Assembly: GCA_945957125.1 (NCBI GenBank)
Contig: CAMFJT010000003.1
Coordinates: forward strand, 8,990 to 72,989
Direction of reading: 5' to 3'
Length of the DNA stretch: 64,000 bases
Origin: an uncultured Rhodospirillales bacterium
GTDB lineage: Bacteria > Pseudomonadota > Alphaproteobacteria > Reyranellales > Reyranellaceae
Of this stretch, positions 26,383 through 35,333 are shown in pieces (within the stretch, counting starts at the first letter, position 1; each line of letters begins with the position of its first letter). The notes beneath the pieces are model-generated. The model saw nothing but the letters and a program-made list of their open reading frames with translations, was not told the origin of the DNA and searched no databases. Made by a program: the position numbers and the translations under genes.

Positions 26383-27240
26383 ATGGACACGCTCACCTAC
26401 TGGAACGGCACGTGGCACGAGGGCAACCCCGCGATCCTGGGCCCGCGCGATCACGCCTTCTGGCTGGGCTCCATGGTATTCGACGGCGGCCGCGCCTTCG
26501 AGGGCTGCGGGCCGGACCTCGATCTCCACGCGGAACGGGTGGTTCGCTCCGCGAAGGTGCTGGGGTTGAAGCCGACCAAGACCGCCGCCGAGATCCTGGA
26601 GCTGATGCACGAGGGCATCCGCCGCTTCGGCCCGAATGCCGAGCTCTACGTGCGGCCGATGTTCTGGGCAAACAAGGGCGGGGCGGGCCCGATCTCGGTC
26701 GATCCCGCCTCCACGCAGTTCCTGCTCTGCGTCTATCATTCGCCGATGCGCGCGGGCACGCCGCTGACGCTCGGCCTCTGCCGCACGATCCGCCGGCCGA
26801 CCCCCGAGAGCGCGCCGACGATGGCGAAGGCCTCCTGCCTCTATCCCAACTCCTCGCGCGGCGTGGCAGAGATCCTGGAACGCGGCTTCAACAACGGCGT
26901 CGTGCTCGATTCGGCCGGCAATGTCGCCGAAACCTGCAGCTCCAACATCTTCCTCGCCCGCGACGGCGTGGTGGCGACGCCGGTGCCCAACGGCAGCTTC
27001 CTGGCCGGGATCACGCGCAACCGCACCGTCACCCTGCTGCGCAATGCCGGCGTGCGGGTCGACGAGCGCACCGTGACCATCGCTGACCTCGACAACGCCG
27101 ACGAGATCTTCACCACCGGCAACGCCGGCAAGGTCCAGCCGGTCAGCCGCTACGAGAGCCGCGACCTGCAACCCGGCCCGATCGCCCGCCAGGCCCACGA
27201 GCTCTACATGACCTGGTCGCGGACCCAGCGCGTGATCTGA
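26383..27240 (+). CDS. Class IV (branched-chain amino acid / D-amino acid) aminotransferase
   Basis: The ATG at 26383 gives MDTLTYWNGTWHEG...AFWLGSMVFDGGRAFEG...ELYVRPMFW...AKASCLYPNS...NIFLARDGVVATP...FLAGITR...ADEIFTTGNAGKVQPV. This is the fold-type IV PLP enzyme pattern. Confidence 0.88.
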   Translation: MDTLTYWNGTWHEGNPAILGPRDHAFWLGSMVFDGGRAFEGCGPDLDLHAERVVRSAKVLGLKPTKTAAEILELMHEGIRRFGPNAELYVRPMFWANKGGAGPISVDPASTQFLLCVYHSPMRAGTPLTLGLCRTIRRPTPESAPTMAKASCLYPNSSRGVAEILERGFNNGVVLDSAGNVAETCSSNIFLARDGVVATPVPNGSFLAGITRNRTVTLLRNAGVRVDERTVTIADLDNADEIFTTGNAGKVQPVSRYESRDLQPGPIARQAHELYMTWSRTQRVI

Positions 27241-27599
27241 TGGCTTCCGCGCCTACCGTGACGCTGTGGCGTCCCGTTGGGCCGCAGGAACTTGCCCTGA
27301 TGAGGGAGAGCGGCATGACGGCATTCCCGCCGCGCCTCCCGGAGCAACCGATCTTCTATCCGGTCACGACGGAAGCTTATGCCATCAGGATCGCTCGCGA
27401 TTGGAACGTGCCGGCAAGCGGCTCGGGCTACGTGACGCGCTTCGAGGTAAAGAAGGAATACCTGGATCGGTACGCCCCTCAGACCGCCGGTGGCCGGGAC
27501 TATCAGGAATACTGGATTCCCGCCGAGGAGCTCCCCGCCTTCAACGCCGCCATCGTGGGCGCAATCGAGGTAACGGCCTCGTTTCCAGATCCTGCTTGA
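27240..27599 (+). CDS. Conserved hypothetical protein (119 aa), translationally coupled to the aminotransferase
   Basis: There is a TGATG stop/start overlap at 27238-27242. The sequence is TLWRPVGPQELALMRESGMTAFPPRLPEQPIFYPVTTEAYAIRIARDWN...GYVTRFEV...EYWIPAEELPAFNAAIVG. It looks like a widespread uncharacterised family that I cannot name with certainty. Confidence 0.7.
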   Translation: MASAPTVTLWRPVGPQELALMRESGMTAFPPRLPEQPIFYPVTTEAYAIRIARDWNVPASGSGYVTRFEVKKEYLDRYAPQTAGGRDYQEYWIPAEELPAFNAAIVGAIEVTASFPDPA

Positions 27600-27773
27600 G
27601 GCCGTGTGTGTGCGAAACGCGCTCGTGGCTTCTATCGATCGGATGAATTCCGCTGGGGACGCGTCACTCCAGCGGCGCGCCTCCAGCAGAAGGTCCTCTG
27701 GCATCAAAGGGCACTCGGGATAGGATGACCGGACCGTGCGGAACTCACGGCGGAGAGGGGCGTTTGCCGAACC

Positions 27774-28364
27774 ATGCGCATCCAGGTCGTCCACTGCCAT
27801 CCTCTGGTGACGAGCTACAACCACGCCCTTTATCAGGCGATCGTCGAGACGCTGCGGAAGAACGGCCACGACGTCGTGGCGACCGACCTTTATCGCGAGG
27901 GCTTCCATCCGGCGATGACGGAGCGCGAGCGCGAGACCTACATGCAGGAGACCTATGACCGCAGCGCCGTAGCGGGCTACACCGAGACGCTCAAGTCGGT
28001 CGACGGCCTTATCCTGTGCTTCCCGCACTGGTGGTTCTCGATGCCGGCCGTGCTCAAGGGTTGGGTCGATCGCGTTTGGGGTCCGGGAATCGCATTCGAC
28101 TACGATCCCAAGGACAATCACCTGGAGCCGGCCCTGCGCAACATCAAGCTGTTCGGGGTGGTGACGAGCTACGGTTCGCCTTGGTGGATCGTCAACCTGT
28201 TCGCCGGCAACGCCGGCAAGAACGTCCTGATGCGCGGGATGAAGCCGCTGTGCGCCAAGGACGTTCGTTCGTTCTATCTCGCGCACTACGACATGGACCA
28301 TTCGACGCCGCAGTCCCGCGCAGCGTTCCTCGAGAAGGTGAAGGGCCGGGTGGCGCGCCTTTAG
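27774..28364 (+). CDS. NAD(P)H dehydrogenase (quinone)-like flavodoxin-fold protein (Flavodoxin_2 family)
   Basis: The 196-aa ORF reads MRIQVVHCHPLVTSYNHALYQAI...DGLILCFPHWWFSMPAVLKGWVDRV, a typical NQO/MdaB-like signature. Confidence 0.85.
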   Translation: MRIQVVHCHPLVTSYNHALYQAIVETLRKNGHDVVATDLYREGFHPAMTERERETYMQETYDRSAVAGYTETLKSVDGLILCFPHWWFSMPAVLKGWVDRVWGPGIAFDYDPKDNHLEPALRNIKLFGVVTSYGSPWWIVNLFAGNAGKNVLMRGMKPLCAKDVRSFYLAHYDMDHSTPQSRAAFLEKVKGRVARL

Positions 28365-28478
28365 GAGTGGACACAACTTCGCCACGCCATTTGCCGAGAT
28401 CATGCCCCAATCTGCCTCGTATCGACGGAATGGGAGCACCCCTCGCTCCCGTTTCAGTCAAACGGGGAAGCTTGAATC

Positions 28479-28691
28479 ATGCGCAATACGATCGTCCTTG
28501 CCGCCATCCTGTTGACCGCGACCGCGTGCGGCGACACCTGGGGCCAACGCGCCGTCACCGGCGGTGGCATCGGCGCGGGAACGGGCGCCGTGATCGGCGC
28601 CGTGACCGGCATGGGGCCGCTCACGGGCGCGGTGATCGGCGGTGCGGTCGGCGCGGGCGCGGGCGCCGCCACCACGCCGCGCCGCTATTGA
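28479..28691 (+). CDS. Small glycine-zipper lipoprotein
   Basis: The 70-aa ORF has a lipobox (LLTATAC|G). It then runs GGGIGAGTGAVIGAVTGMGPLTGAVIGGAVGAGAGA, a GxxxG glycine zipper. Confidence 0.7.
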   Translation: MRNTIVLAAILLTATACGDTWGQRAVTGGGIGAGTGAVIGAVTGMGPLTGAVIGGAVGAGAGAATTPRRY

Positions 28692-29959
28692 GGCTTGCGG
28701 CACTCCTTCGCCACCGACGGTACCAGAAGGCGGGCCAGCTTGAGCGCGCCCGCCTCCCGGAAATGGCCGTTGTCGCTGAAATCCTCGGGCGAAAAATCGT
28801 CCGGGCGGATTTCAATATAGGGGTCGCCCAGCGCCGCGGCCTCGGCACGCAGGCGTCGGTTGAACGTATCGAGCAGGGGCCAGACATCCCTGTTGCGCAC
28901 GAACGGCAGCCAGCCGTAGATCCGGTCGTCGTCGAGCACAGCGACATTGAGCACCTGGCCGACCCAGATAGTGCGCACGCCCCGCCCGCGATTGATCATC
29001 GAGATCGAGCGGACGTTGCGCTGGTAGAACGCTTCGAGCACCGGATCGCTTCCGCTCTTCGGCGTTCCTTCGAGCACGGGCGGCCGGATCGTCTCCACCT
29101 CGTTGCTGACGAAGCGGGCAACGAGCGTGAAGAGCGGCGAGATCGAAAGATAGGCGTTGCCGAAGCGGCGGACCCGCAAGCCGTCGATCATCGTGCGCAG
29201 GTGATAGCGCGCATAGCCGGGATCGAGATTCTCGATATGCGCGCTGCGGATGTCGTTCCAGCCTATGTAGTAAAGGGCGCAAGTCGGCTTGACGCCGAAA
29301 CTGTCGGCATAGAATGCCGTCTGCACGAGATGCTCGACCGTGGAGTAGCCGGGGACGCCGTGGTTGATGACGGCGAACCAATCCGGTCCCAGCGCCTGCT
29401 CGAGGCGGTTGGCCCAGGTGTTGGCGTCGCTCACCGAGATGTCATACGTCGCCGACCCGCCGAACACCGCGACGACCGACTTCCGTGAGAGCTCCTCGAC
29501 GGTGTAGTCCCGGCCGCGCGTGCCCGCGCTGCTGTGGCTGATCGTGTTGCCCATGACAGGCACCGAGATCGACGGGATCGGCACGCCCTGCAGCAGAGGA
29601 TGCCATTCGAACCGGACATCCCAATTGTAGTTGGGCGGCATGATGGACTGGAAGGCCATGCCGGCCTTCTGCATCGCCGATGAACCGGCGCCGAGCGCCA
29701 GGTCGATCGCCGCCAAGGCCAATACGGGAACGGCTGCGCGCGGCCATCGTGCGAGGAGAGCGCCCGCAAGGGCCAGCCCCAAGAGATAGACGAAATAGCG
29801 TTCGCGCGGCGTGTAGCGTGTCAGCTCGCCCGACACGGCGCAGAAAAAAGCGAAGAGACAGACTGCGACGAGCAGTGCGCCTGCCGCGAGCACGCACAGC
29901 AGGCGGTCGAAGCGATAGGGCCTTTCGAGGCCGAGGTGTCTCAAGACCCAGGACGGCAT
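28685..29959 (-). CDS. Membrane-anchored SGNH/GDSL-like hydrolase family protein
   Basis: ORF 28685..30040. It has N-terminal TM helices (LLCVLAAGALLVAVCLFAFFCAV; YLLGLALAGALLA). VAVFGGSATYD is block I with Ser, and HGVPGYST and GWNDI follow. I chose the start at MPSWVLRH (29959) because 30040 would overlap the neighbouring PNPOx reading frame. Confidence 0.65.
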   Translation of the reverse strand: MPSWVLRHLGLERPYRFDRLLCVLAAGALLVAVCLFAFFCAVSGELTRYTPRERYFVYLLGLALAGALLARWPRAAVPVLALAAIDLALGAGSSAMQKAGMAFQSIMPPNYNWDVRFEWHPLLQGVPIPSISVPVMGNTISHSSAGTRGRDYTVEELSRKSVVAVFGGSATYDISVSDANTWANRLEQALGPDWFAVINHGVPGYSTVEHLVQTAFYADSFGVKPTCALYYIGWNDIRSAHIENLDPGYARYHLRTMIDGLRVRRFGNAYLSISPLFTLVARFVSNEVETIRPPVLEGTPKSGSDPVLEAFYQRNVRSISMINRGRGVRTIWVGQVLNVAVLDDDRIYGWLPFVRNRDVWPLLDTFNRRLRAEAAALGDPYIEIRPDDFSPEDFSDNGHFREAGALKLARLLVPSVAKECRKPQ

Positions 29960-30011
29960 GACGGCGGACCATGAATGGCCCGCCGCCGTCCTCCGCACAA
30001 GCCCGGCCGTG

Positions 30012-30515
30012 CTATCGGGAATGGAGCTCCCGATGCTCACCCATCTTCGGAGGCACGCCGGTCACCGCCGCCTTCGCCATCTTGAAGAGCTGCACCATCT
30101 TGTTGGTGTCGACATCCCAATAATCGACATGCTCTATGGTAACGGCGACCAGAGCCAGGTCCGGGTCCGTGACGCCGCCGGGAAACCAGGCCTGGACCGC
30201 GGCGTTCTACAGCGCCTTCTTCTTCGCCATGTCGTCGACCAGGCGCGCCCGCCCGGCGACGGAGACGTAGGCATCGCTGCCCGGATCGGCGTAGGCCACG
30301 TTCACGCTGGCATCGCGCGCGATGTCGAGCACCGGCTCGCCGCTGCGCGACATGAAGAACCACAGCACGTTGGCGCGATCCTCGGTCTTGTTCTGCGTCG
30401 TCATCGGGCGGGAATGCATGTAGCCGTCGCTGGCGTGCGCGGTGAACATCGCGAACTTGATGTCTTTGATGAGGTCCCAGAACTTCGTCCAGTCGGCGGC
30501 GGTCTCGGCGGGCAT
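30012..30515 (-). pseudogene. Pyridoxamine-5'-phosphate-oxidase-fold general stress protein 26 family, interrupted by an in-frame TAG
   Basis: Track ORF 30207..30515 ends ...LVDDMAKKKAL*. Reading on in the same frame gives NAAVQAWFPGGVTDPDLALVAVTIEHVDYWDVDTNKMVQLFKMAKAAVTGVPPKMGEHRELHSR* (stop at 30012-30014). This is the normal C-terminal half of the family, and homologues have L-W-N at this point. The change is therefore TGG to TAG, at the middle base 30208. Confidence 0.75.
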
Positions 30516-30584
30516 GGCTTCTCTCCTGTTGAGGTTCGGAGAGGGAACGGCCCGGGAGAACGGCTTGTTCCCTCGCGAGCCGCC

Positions 30585-31310
30585 CTACCAGCTCTCCTTC
30601 CATGGCCGGAGGTCCATCTCGAAGGTCCACGCGCTGCGCCGCTGGCGGTGGAGTTGCCAGTAGCTCTCCGCGATGTCGTCGGGATCGAGGATGGCGTCGG
30701 GGCCGGCATTGTAGCGATCGGGGAAATTCGCCTTGATCCATTCGGTGTCGATCGCGCCGTCGACGATGACGTGCGCGACATGGATGTTCTGCGGCCCCAG
30801 CTCGCGCGCCATCGACTGCGCCAGCGCCCGCACCGCGTGCTTGCCTCCCGCGAAGGCCGAGAAGCCGCGCCCGCCCCTGACGGACGCGGTCGCGCCCGTG
30901 AAGAGCATCGTGCCCCGACCGCGCGGCACCATCGCCCGGGCGGCTTCGCGCGCGGTCAGGAACCCCGCGAAGGCCGTCATCTCCCAGACCTTGCGATAGA
31001 CGCGGCTGGTCGTATCACGAATGTCGAACCGGACGTTGCCGCCGATATTGAACACGAAGACCTCGATCTCGCCGATCTCGGTCTCGATCTGGCGGAACAG
31101 ACTCACGACTTGCTCCTCGTCGCGCGCATCCGAACCGAACGGATGGATCTTGCCGCCCTCGCTCACCACCTGCGCCACGAGGTTCTGCAGCTTGTCGGCA
31201 TGGCGGCGCGTGGCCACCGCGGTGTAGCCCTCGCGCGCGAAACGACGGGCGATGGCACCGCCCGTCGCATCTCCCGCGCCGATCACGACGCAGACCTTGT
31301 CCTTGGCCAT
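30585..31310 (-). CDS. SDR family oxidoreductase
   Basis: The inner ATG at 31310 is preceded by AAGGAGAG. The product starts MAKDKVCVVIGAGDATGGAIARRFAREGY (Rossmann fold). The classical SDR YxxxK region is plausible in FAGGKHAVRALAQSMA. Confidence 0.85.
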   Translation of the reverse strand: MAKDKVCVVIGAGDATGGAIARRFAREGYTAVATRRHADKLQNLVAQVVSEGGKIHPFGSDARDEEQVVSLFRQIETEIGEIEVFVFNIGGNVRFDIRDTTSRVYRKVWEMTAFAGFLTAREAARAMVPRGRGTMLFTGATASVRGGRGFSAFAGGKHAVRALAQSMARELGPQNIHVAHVIVDGAIDTEWIKANFPDRYNAGPDAILDPDDIAESYWQLHRQRRSAWTFEMDLRPWKESW

Positions 31311-31364
31311 GGCTCTCTCCTTCGCGCGCACTGTGGCCGCCCGGGGAGGCTCCCTCAAAGGAGA

Positions 31365-32246
31365 TTAAGTCATGGCCGCGCGAGCCCGCAGCTCGCGGGT
31401 CGTCAGCCCCTGGCCGTCCGGACGCCAGCCCGGCGGGCCGAACATGTAGTTCCATGCCTCGCCCAGGGAGCGTGCGCCGGCCACGTCCTTCGCCATGCCG
31501 ATCCACGGCTCGACGTTGATGCGGATCGGGTTGTAGGTCGTCACCGGCGTCACCAGGCCGTATTCGCACGGCAGGTCGGCACGCTCGGCCACATAGGTGC
31601 CGAACAGACGATCGAAGACGATCAGCACGCCGCCGAAATTGGCGTCGAGATACTCCGGATTGCGGGCATGATGCACGCGATGGGCAGAGGGCGTGTTCAG
31701 CACGTATTCCAGCACGCCCAGCTTGGGGATCCAGTCGGCGTGGATCCAGAACTGGTAGAGCAGGTTCAGGAACAGAGCGCTCAGGATCGTCACCGGCTCG
31801 AAGCCGAGCAACGCCATCGGCGTGAAGAAGATCGTGGCCCCGCTGAACTTACCGAGCCAGCCCAGGCGGTACGCCGCCGCCAGGTTGAACCGATTCGGAG
31901 AGTGATGCACCGAATGGGTGTTCCAGAACCAGCGGACTGTGTGGCTGGCGCGGTGGAACCAGTAATAGAAGAACTCCAGGCTGACGAAGAGCAGCAGCAC
32001 CCCGCCGACCGTGCCGAGGCTGGGCGTGAACAGCCGATGGTCGTAGGCCCAGGCGAAGATGGGCGTGGCGAGGCTGTAAGGGATGAAGGCGAGCAGCCGC
32101 CGCCCCGCGAGGTCGGCCACCGACGTCGCCCACTCCTTCCAGTCGTACCCTTCGGGTCGTGTCCGTGAGAGCCAGAGGCCTTCGATCAGCGCCGCACCCA
32201 GCACCAGGGGCAGCAGGACGAGATAGAGCGTGCCGAGAGCTTCCAT
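31365..32246 (-). CDS. Sterol desaturase / fatty-acid hydroxylase family membrane di-iron oxygenase
   Basis: The inner ATG at 32246 is preceded by AAGGAG. The histidine boxes are HRASH, HSVHH and HRVHH, and there are four or more TM helices. Confidence 0.85.
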   Translation of the reverse strand: MEALGTLYLVLLPLVLGAALIEGLWLSRTRPEGYDWKEWATSVADLAGRRLLAFIPYSLATPIFAWAYDHRLFTPSLGTVGGVLLLFVSLEFFYYWFHRASHTVRWFWNTHSVHHSPNRFNLAAAYRLGWLGKFSGATIFFTPMALLGFEPVTILSALFLNLLYQFWIHADWIPKLGVLEYVLNTPSAHRVHHARNPEYLDANFGGVLIVFDRLFGTYVAERADLPCEYGLVTPVTTYNPIRINVEPWIGMAKDVAGARSLGEAWNYMFGPPGWRPDGQGLTTRELRARAAMT

Positions 32247-32278
32247 GACGGGCTCCTTTCCTTGCGATGCAAGATAGG

Positions 32279-32297
32279 ATATGAGCATTGCTCATAT
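32279..32297. promoter_or_regulatory. Perfect 9-1-9 palindrome, candidate TetR operator
   Basis: The palindrome is ATATGAGCA-T-TGCTCATAT. It sits in the 81-bp divergent intergenic region between the desaturase (start 32246) and the TetR gene (start 32328). Confidence 0.55.
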
Positions 32298-32327
32298 TCT
32301 GATACTCGCCTTCGGAGGGCGCGGCGC

Positions 32328-32960
32328 ATGATCGCGAAGTCCCGTCAACCGGTTGAAACAAAACGCCGAATCCCACGACAGGCCCGTGCAGAGGAGACCG
32401 TGTCGGCCATTCTCGAAGGCGCGGCTCAGGTTCTGGAGGCGGGTGGGGTGGCCGGTTTCACGACCAACGCCGTGGCCGAGCGGGCCGGGGTCAGCATCGG
32501 CACGCTCTATCAGTATTTCTCGGACAAGGGCGCCCTGTTGCATGCCCTCGGCGAGCGCGAGATGCAGCTCACTATCACCAGCGTGGCGAAGGCCCTGCGC
32601 AACGACGACGAAGCGCCGATCGAGGAGCGCGTCCGCGCCGTGGTGCGTGCGATCGTGAACGCTTTCCATGGCCGCCTGCGCGCCCGCAAGGCGGTGGTGC
32701 AGGCGGTTCTGGCACAGGGGCTGGCAATCGAATCGGTGGCGCCCGTCGCCGCCTTCATCGCCGCTGCCGGAGCCACCGCTCACCGCGGCATAGCGCGCCT
32801 CACCCCCGAGCAGCAGTTCGTCGTCTCGCGCGCGCTGATGGGCACGATCCGCGCTGCGCTGCTCGAGGAAGCCTCCTTCTTCAAGAGCCGCGCCTTCGAG
32901 GACGAGCTGGTCAGGCTGGTGCTGTCCTACATCGGAGCGGTTTCCGCCGCCCGCGCGTAG
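32328..32960 (+). CDS. TetR/AcrR family transcriptional regulator
   Basis: The inner ATG at 32328 gives a product with an N-terminal HTH (FTTNAVAERAGVSIGTLYQYFSDKGALL). Confidence 0.88.
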   Translation: MIAKSRQPVETKRRIPRQARAEETVSAILEGAAQVLEAGGVAGFTTNAVAERAGVSIGTLYQYFSDKGALLHALGEREMQLTITSVAKALRNDDEAPIEERVRAVVRAIVNAFHGRLRARKAVVQAVLAQGLAIESVAPVAAFIAAAGATAHRGIARLTPEQQFVVSRALMGTIRAALLEEASFFKSRAFEDELVRLVLSYIGAVSAARA

Positions 32961-32963
32961 ATC

Positions 32964-32992
32964 GCGCCCGCCTCATCGTCACGAGCGGGCGC
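32964..32992 (+). terminator. Hairpin downstream of the TetR gene
   Basis: The hairpin is gcgcccgc-(13 nt)-gcgggcgc and begins 4 nt after the stop. It has no U-tract, so it is weak as an intrinsic terminator. Confidence 0.3.
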
Positions 32993-33232
32993 GCATCATC
33001 AGCGCGAACTGCCGACGGCCGCGGGGCAAGCCGTGTTTTCGGAAGCGCCGATCGCGTTGCCGGAGGATGCCGCCACTCACCAGGCGCTGGAGCCGGTCGT
33101 CCTCTGGGACATCCGTCGGACGATCATCAGACTCCTGCCGGTCTGGCGCCATTTCATGCCTGCCCCCGGCGGCGACATCGAAGCTTCATATGACGGGCGC
33201 AGAGAGAGGTCGCAACAATCACGAGAGCCCCG

Positions 33233-34837
33233 ATGCTGCTGTCCCGTCGTCTCGCGCTCGGCCTTGCCGGCGCCTCAGCCCTGCCGCGCTTCGCCATCGG
33301 CCAGTCGGACAACCGGCCGAGCCTCACCGTCGCCGTGCAGAAGATCTCAACGTCCAACACGCTGGAACCGATGCGCGAGCAGTCGAATGTCGGCCAGCGC
33401 GTCTTCTACACCTTCGCCGAGACGCTGACCGACCATGCCTGGACCGGCGACCTGGCGCTGCGGCCAGGCCTCGCCGAAAGCTTCCGGCGCATCGACGGGC
33501 GCACGCTCGAGCTCACGTTGCGCCCCAACGTGCGCTTTCACAACGGCGACAGCATGACAGCGGAGGACGTGGCCTTCAGCTTCGGGCCGCAGCGCATGTG
33601 GACCGGCAGCTCGGTCGACACGCGCGGCATGTGGACCAACAGCACGCCGGGCCTGGCCAGCAAGGTGCCGCCGCCGGAAGCGCCCAAGATCGCCATGGCC
33701 GCCTATCCCGGCTTCGAGCGCATGGAGATCGTCGACAAGCGCACCGTGCGGTTCGTCAACCGCGTGCCCGACGCCACGCTCGAAGGCCGGCTGACCCGCA
33801 ACACCGGCGTGATCCTGTCCGAGCGCGCCTTCGCCGAGGCGCCGACCTGGCTCGACTGGTCGCGCAAGCCGGTGGGCACCGGCCCCTATCGCATCGTCGA
33901 GTACAAGCCCGACGTCGAGCTCGTCCTCGAGGCGTTCGACGACTATTGGGGCGGCCGGCCGCCGATCAAGCGGCTGCGCTTCGTCGAGGTGCCCGAGGTC
34001 GCCTCGCGCATCAACGGCCTGCGCGCCGGCGACTTCGACTTCGCCTGCGACATGCCGCCGGACCAGATCGCCGCGATCGAATCCAACCCGAAGCTGGAAG
34101 TTGTCGGCGGGCCGATCATGAACATTCGCCTCACCATCTTCGACAAGCACCATCCGGTGCTGAAGGACCCGCGCGTGCGCCGCGCGATGACCCACGCAAT
34201 CGACCGCCAGGCGATCGTCGATGCGCTGTGGGCGGGCCGCACCCGGGTGCCGAAGGGGCTGCAATGGGACTTCTTCGGTCCGATGCTGCTCTCCGACTGG
34301 GCGCCGCCGGCATTCGATCCCGCCGCAGCGAAGCAGCTCCTCAAGGACGCCGGCTACGACGGCGCACCGATCCCCTACCAGATGCTGAACAACTACTACA
34401 CCAACCAGCTCCAGACCGCGCAGATCATGGTCGAGCAGTGGAAGGCGGTCGGCCTCAACGTCGCGATCGAGATGAAGGAGAACTGGGCCCAGATCCTCGG
34501 CCGCTTTCCCGGACGCGGCATCTGCGAGAACTCGAACTCGTCGTGGTTCAACGATCCGGTGGCCTCGCTGTCGGCCTACGCGCCGGGCGGGCAGACCTGG
34601 GAGGCGGGCCAATGGGAGAACGAGGAGATCGTCGGGCTCAACCGCGCGCTGCAGGACAGCACCGACCTCGACAAGCGGCGCACCGACTTCCGCCGCATGT
34701 TGACGATCCTGGAGCGAGAGGACCCCTGCTACAACGTCATCCACCAGAACGCGACGTTCACCGCCAAGCGCCGCGACTACAAATGGCGCCCCGCGCAGTC
34801 CTTCGTCGTCGACTTCCGCGCGAGCAACTGGGGGTGA
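33233..34837 (+). CDS. ABC transporter substrate-binding protein, family 5 (peptide/nickel/opine type), orphan
   Basis: The 534-aa ORF has a signal peptide (MLLSRRLALGLAGASALPRFAIGQ). The family-5 pattern includes LRPNVRFHNGDSMTAEDVAFSF, GTGPYRIVEYKPD and RRAMTHAIDRQAIVDAL. No permease or ATPase genes are adjacent. Confidence 0.85.
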   Translation: MLLSRRLALGLAGASALPRFAIGQSDNRPSLTVAVQKISTSNTLEPMREQSNVGQRVFYTFAETLTDHAWTGDLALRPGLAESFRRIDGRTLELTLRPNVRFHNGDSMTAEDVAFSFGPQRMWTGSSVDTRGMWTNSTPGLASKVPPPEAPKIAMAAYPGFERMEIVDKRTVRFVNRVPDATLEGRLTRNTGVILSERAFAEAPTWLDWSRKPVGTGPYRIVEYKPDVELVLEAFDDYWGGRPPIKRLRFVEVPEVASRINGLRAGDFDFACDMPPDQIAAIESNPKLEVVGGPIMNIRLTIFDKHHPVLKDPRVRRAMTHAIDRQAIVDALWAGRTRVPKGLQWDFFGPMLLSDWAPPAFDPAAAKQLLKDAGYDGAPIPYQMLNNYYTNQLQTAQIMVEQWKAVGLNVAIEMKENWAQILGRFPGRGICENSNSSWFNDPVASLSAYAPGGQTWEAGQWENEEIVGLNRALQDSTDLDKRRTDFRRMLTILEREDPCYNVIHQNATFTAKRRDYKWRPAQSFVVDFRASNWG

Positions 34838-34910
34838 GCATTTTCCTTGGACCGCGAACTTCGATCTCGCTCTCGCTCATGAGCGCACAGGATGCGCGCG
34901 GTCCGATGAG

Positions 34911-35333
34911 TCAGACCGTCTTCCACTGCACGAGCGTGTATCCTTCGTGCGGCTCGAACACGGCTTCGACCTCCGCGCCGATCCTCACCTCCTGATGGGG
35001 ATCGCCCAGCAGATTGCCGAGCATGCGGACATTGCCCGCGTCGGGCAGCTCGACCAGCACGACGATGTAGGGGCCGTGCCCCTTCAACGCCGGATGCACC
35101 GGATGCCACGGCCGCTCCCAGCTGTAGATGCGGCCCTTGCCCGACACCTTGTGCCAGTCCAGGTCGAAGCTCAGGCACTTGTGGCAGATCCATTCCGGTC
35201 CCCACAGGAACGTGCCGCACTTGCGGCAGCGCTGGACCATCAGCTCGCCGCGGCGCGTGGCCTCCCAGTACGGCTTGTCGAGCCCATCGTTCTCCGGCAC
35301 CGGGACCGGCAGGCCGTTCGGCAGGTAGCTCAT
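34911..35333 (-). CDS. Zn-ribbon/OB-fold protein (DUF35 family)
   Basis: The inner ATG at 35333 gives MSYLPNGLPVPVPENDGLDKPYWEATRRGELMVQRCRKCGTFLWGPEWICHKCLS...GKGRIYSW. This is the rubredoxin-like CxxC..CxxC motif plus an OB fold. An ATGA overlap with the upstream gene lies at 35330-35333. Confidence 0.88.
   Translation of the reverse strand: MSYLPNGLPVPVPENDGLDKPYWEATRRGELMVQRCRKCGTFLWGPEWICHKCLSFDLDWHKVSGKGRIYSWERPWHPVHPALKGHGPYIVVLVELPDAGNVRMLGNLLGDPHQEVRIGAEVEAVFEPHEGYTLVQWKTV

Noticed and set aside
30207-30209. The in-frame TAG in the PNPOx-family gene as programmed recoding (pyrrolysine or regulated readthrough).
   Set aside because: No pyl genes or recoding signals are evident. The stop replaces a conserved Trp by a single transition, which is the simplest signature of a nonsense mutation or a base-call error.
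29958-32168. A 736-aa + strand ORF across the PNPOx, SDR and desaturase region.
   Set aside because: It is antisense to three minus-strand genes that each have clear motifs and RBSs.
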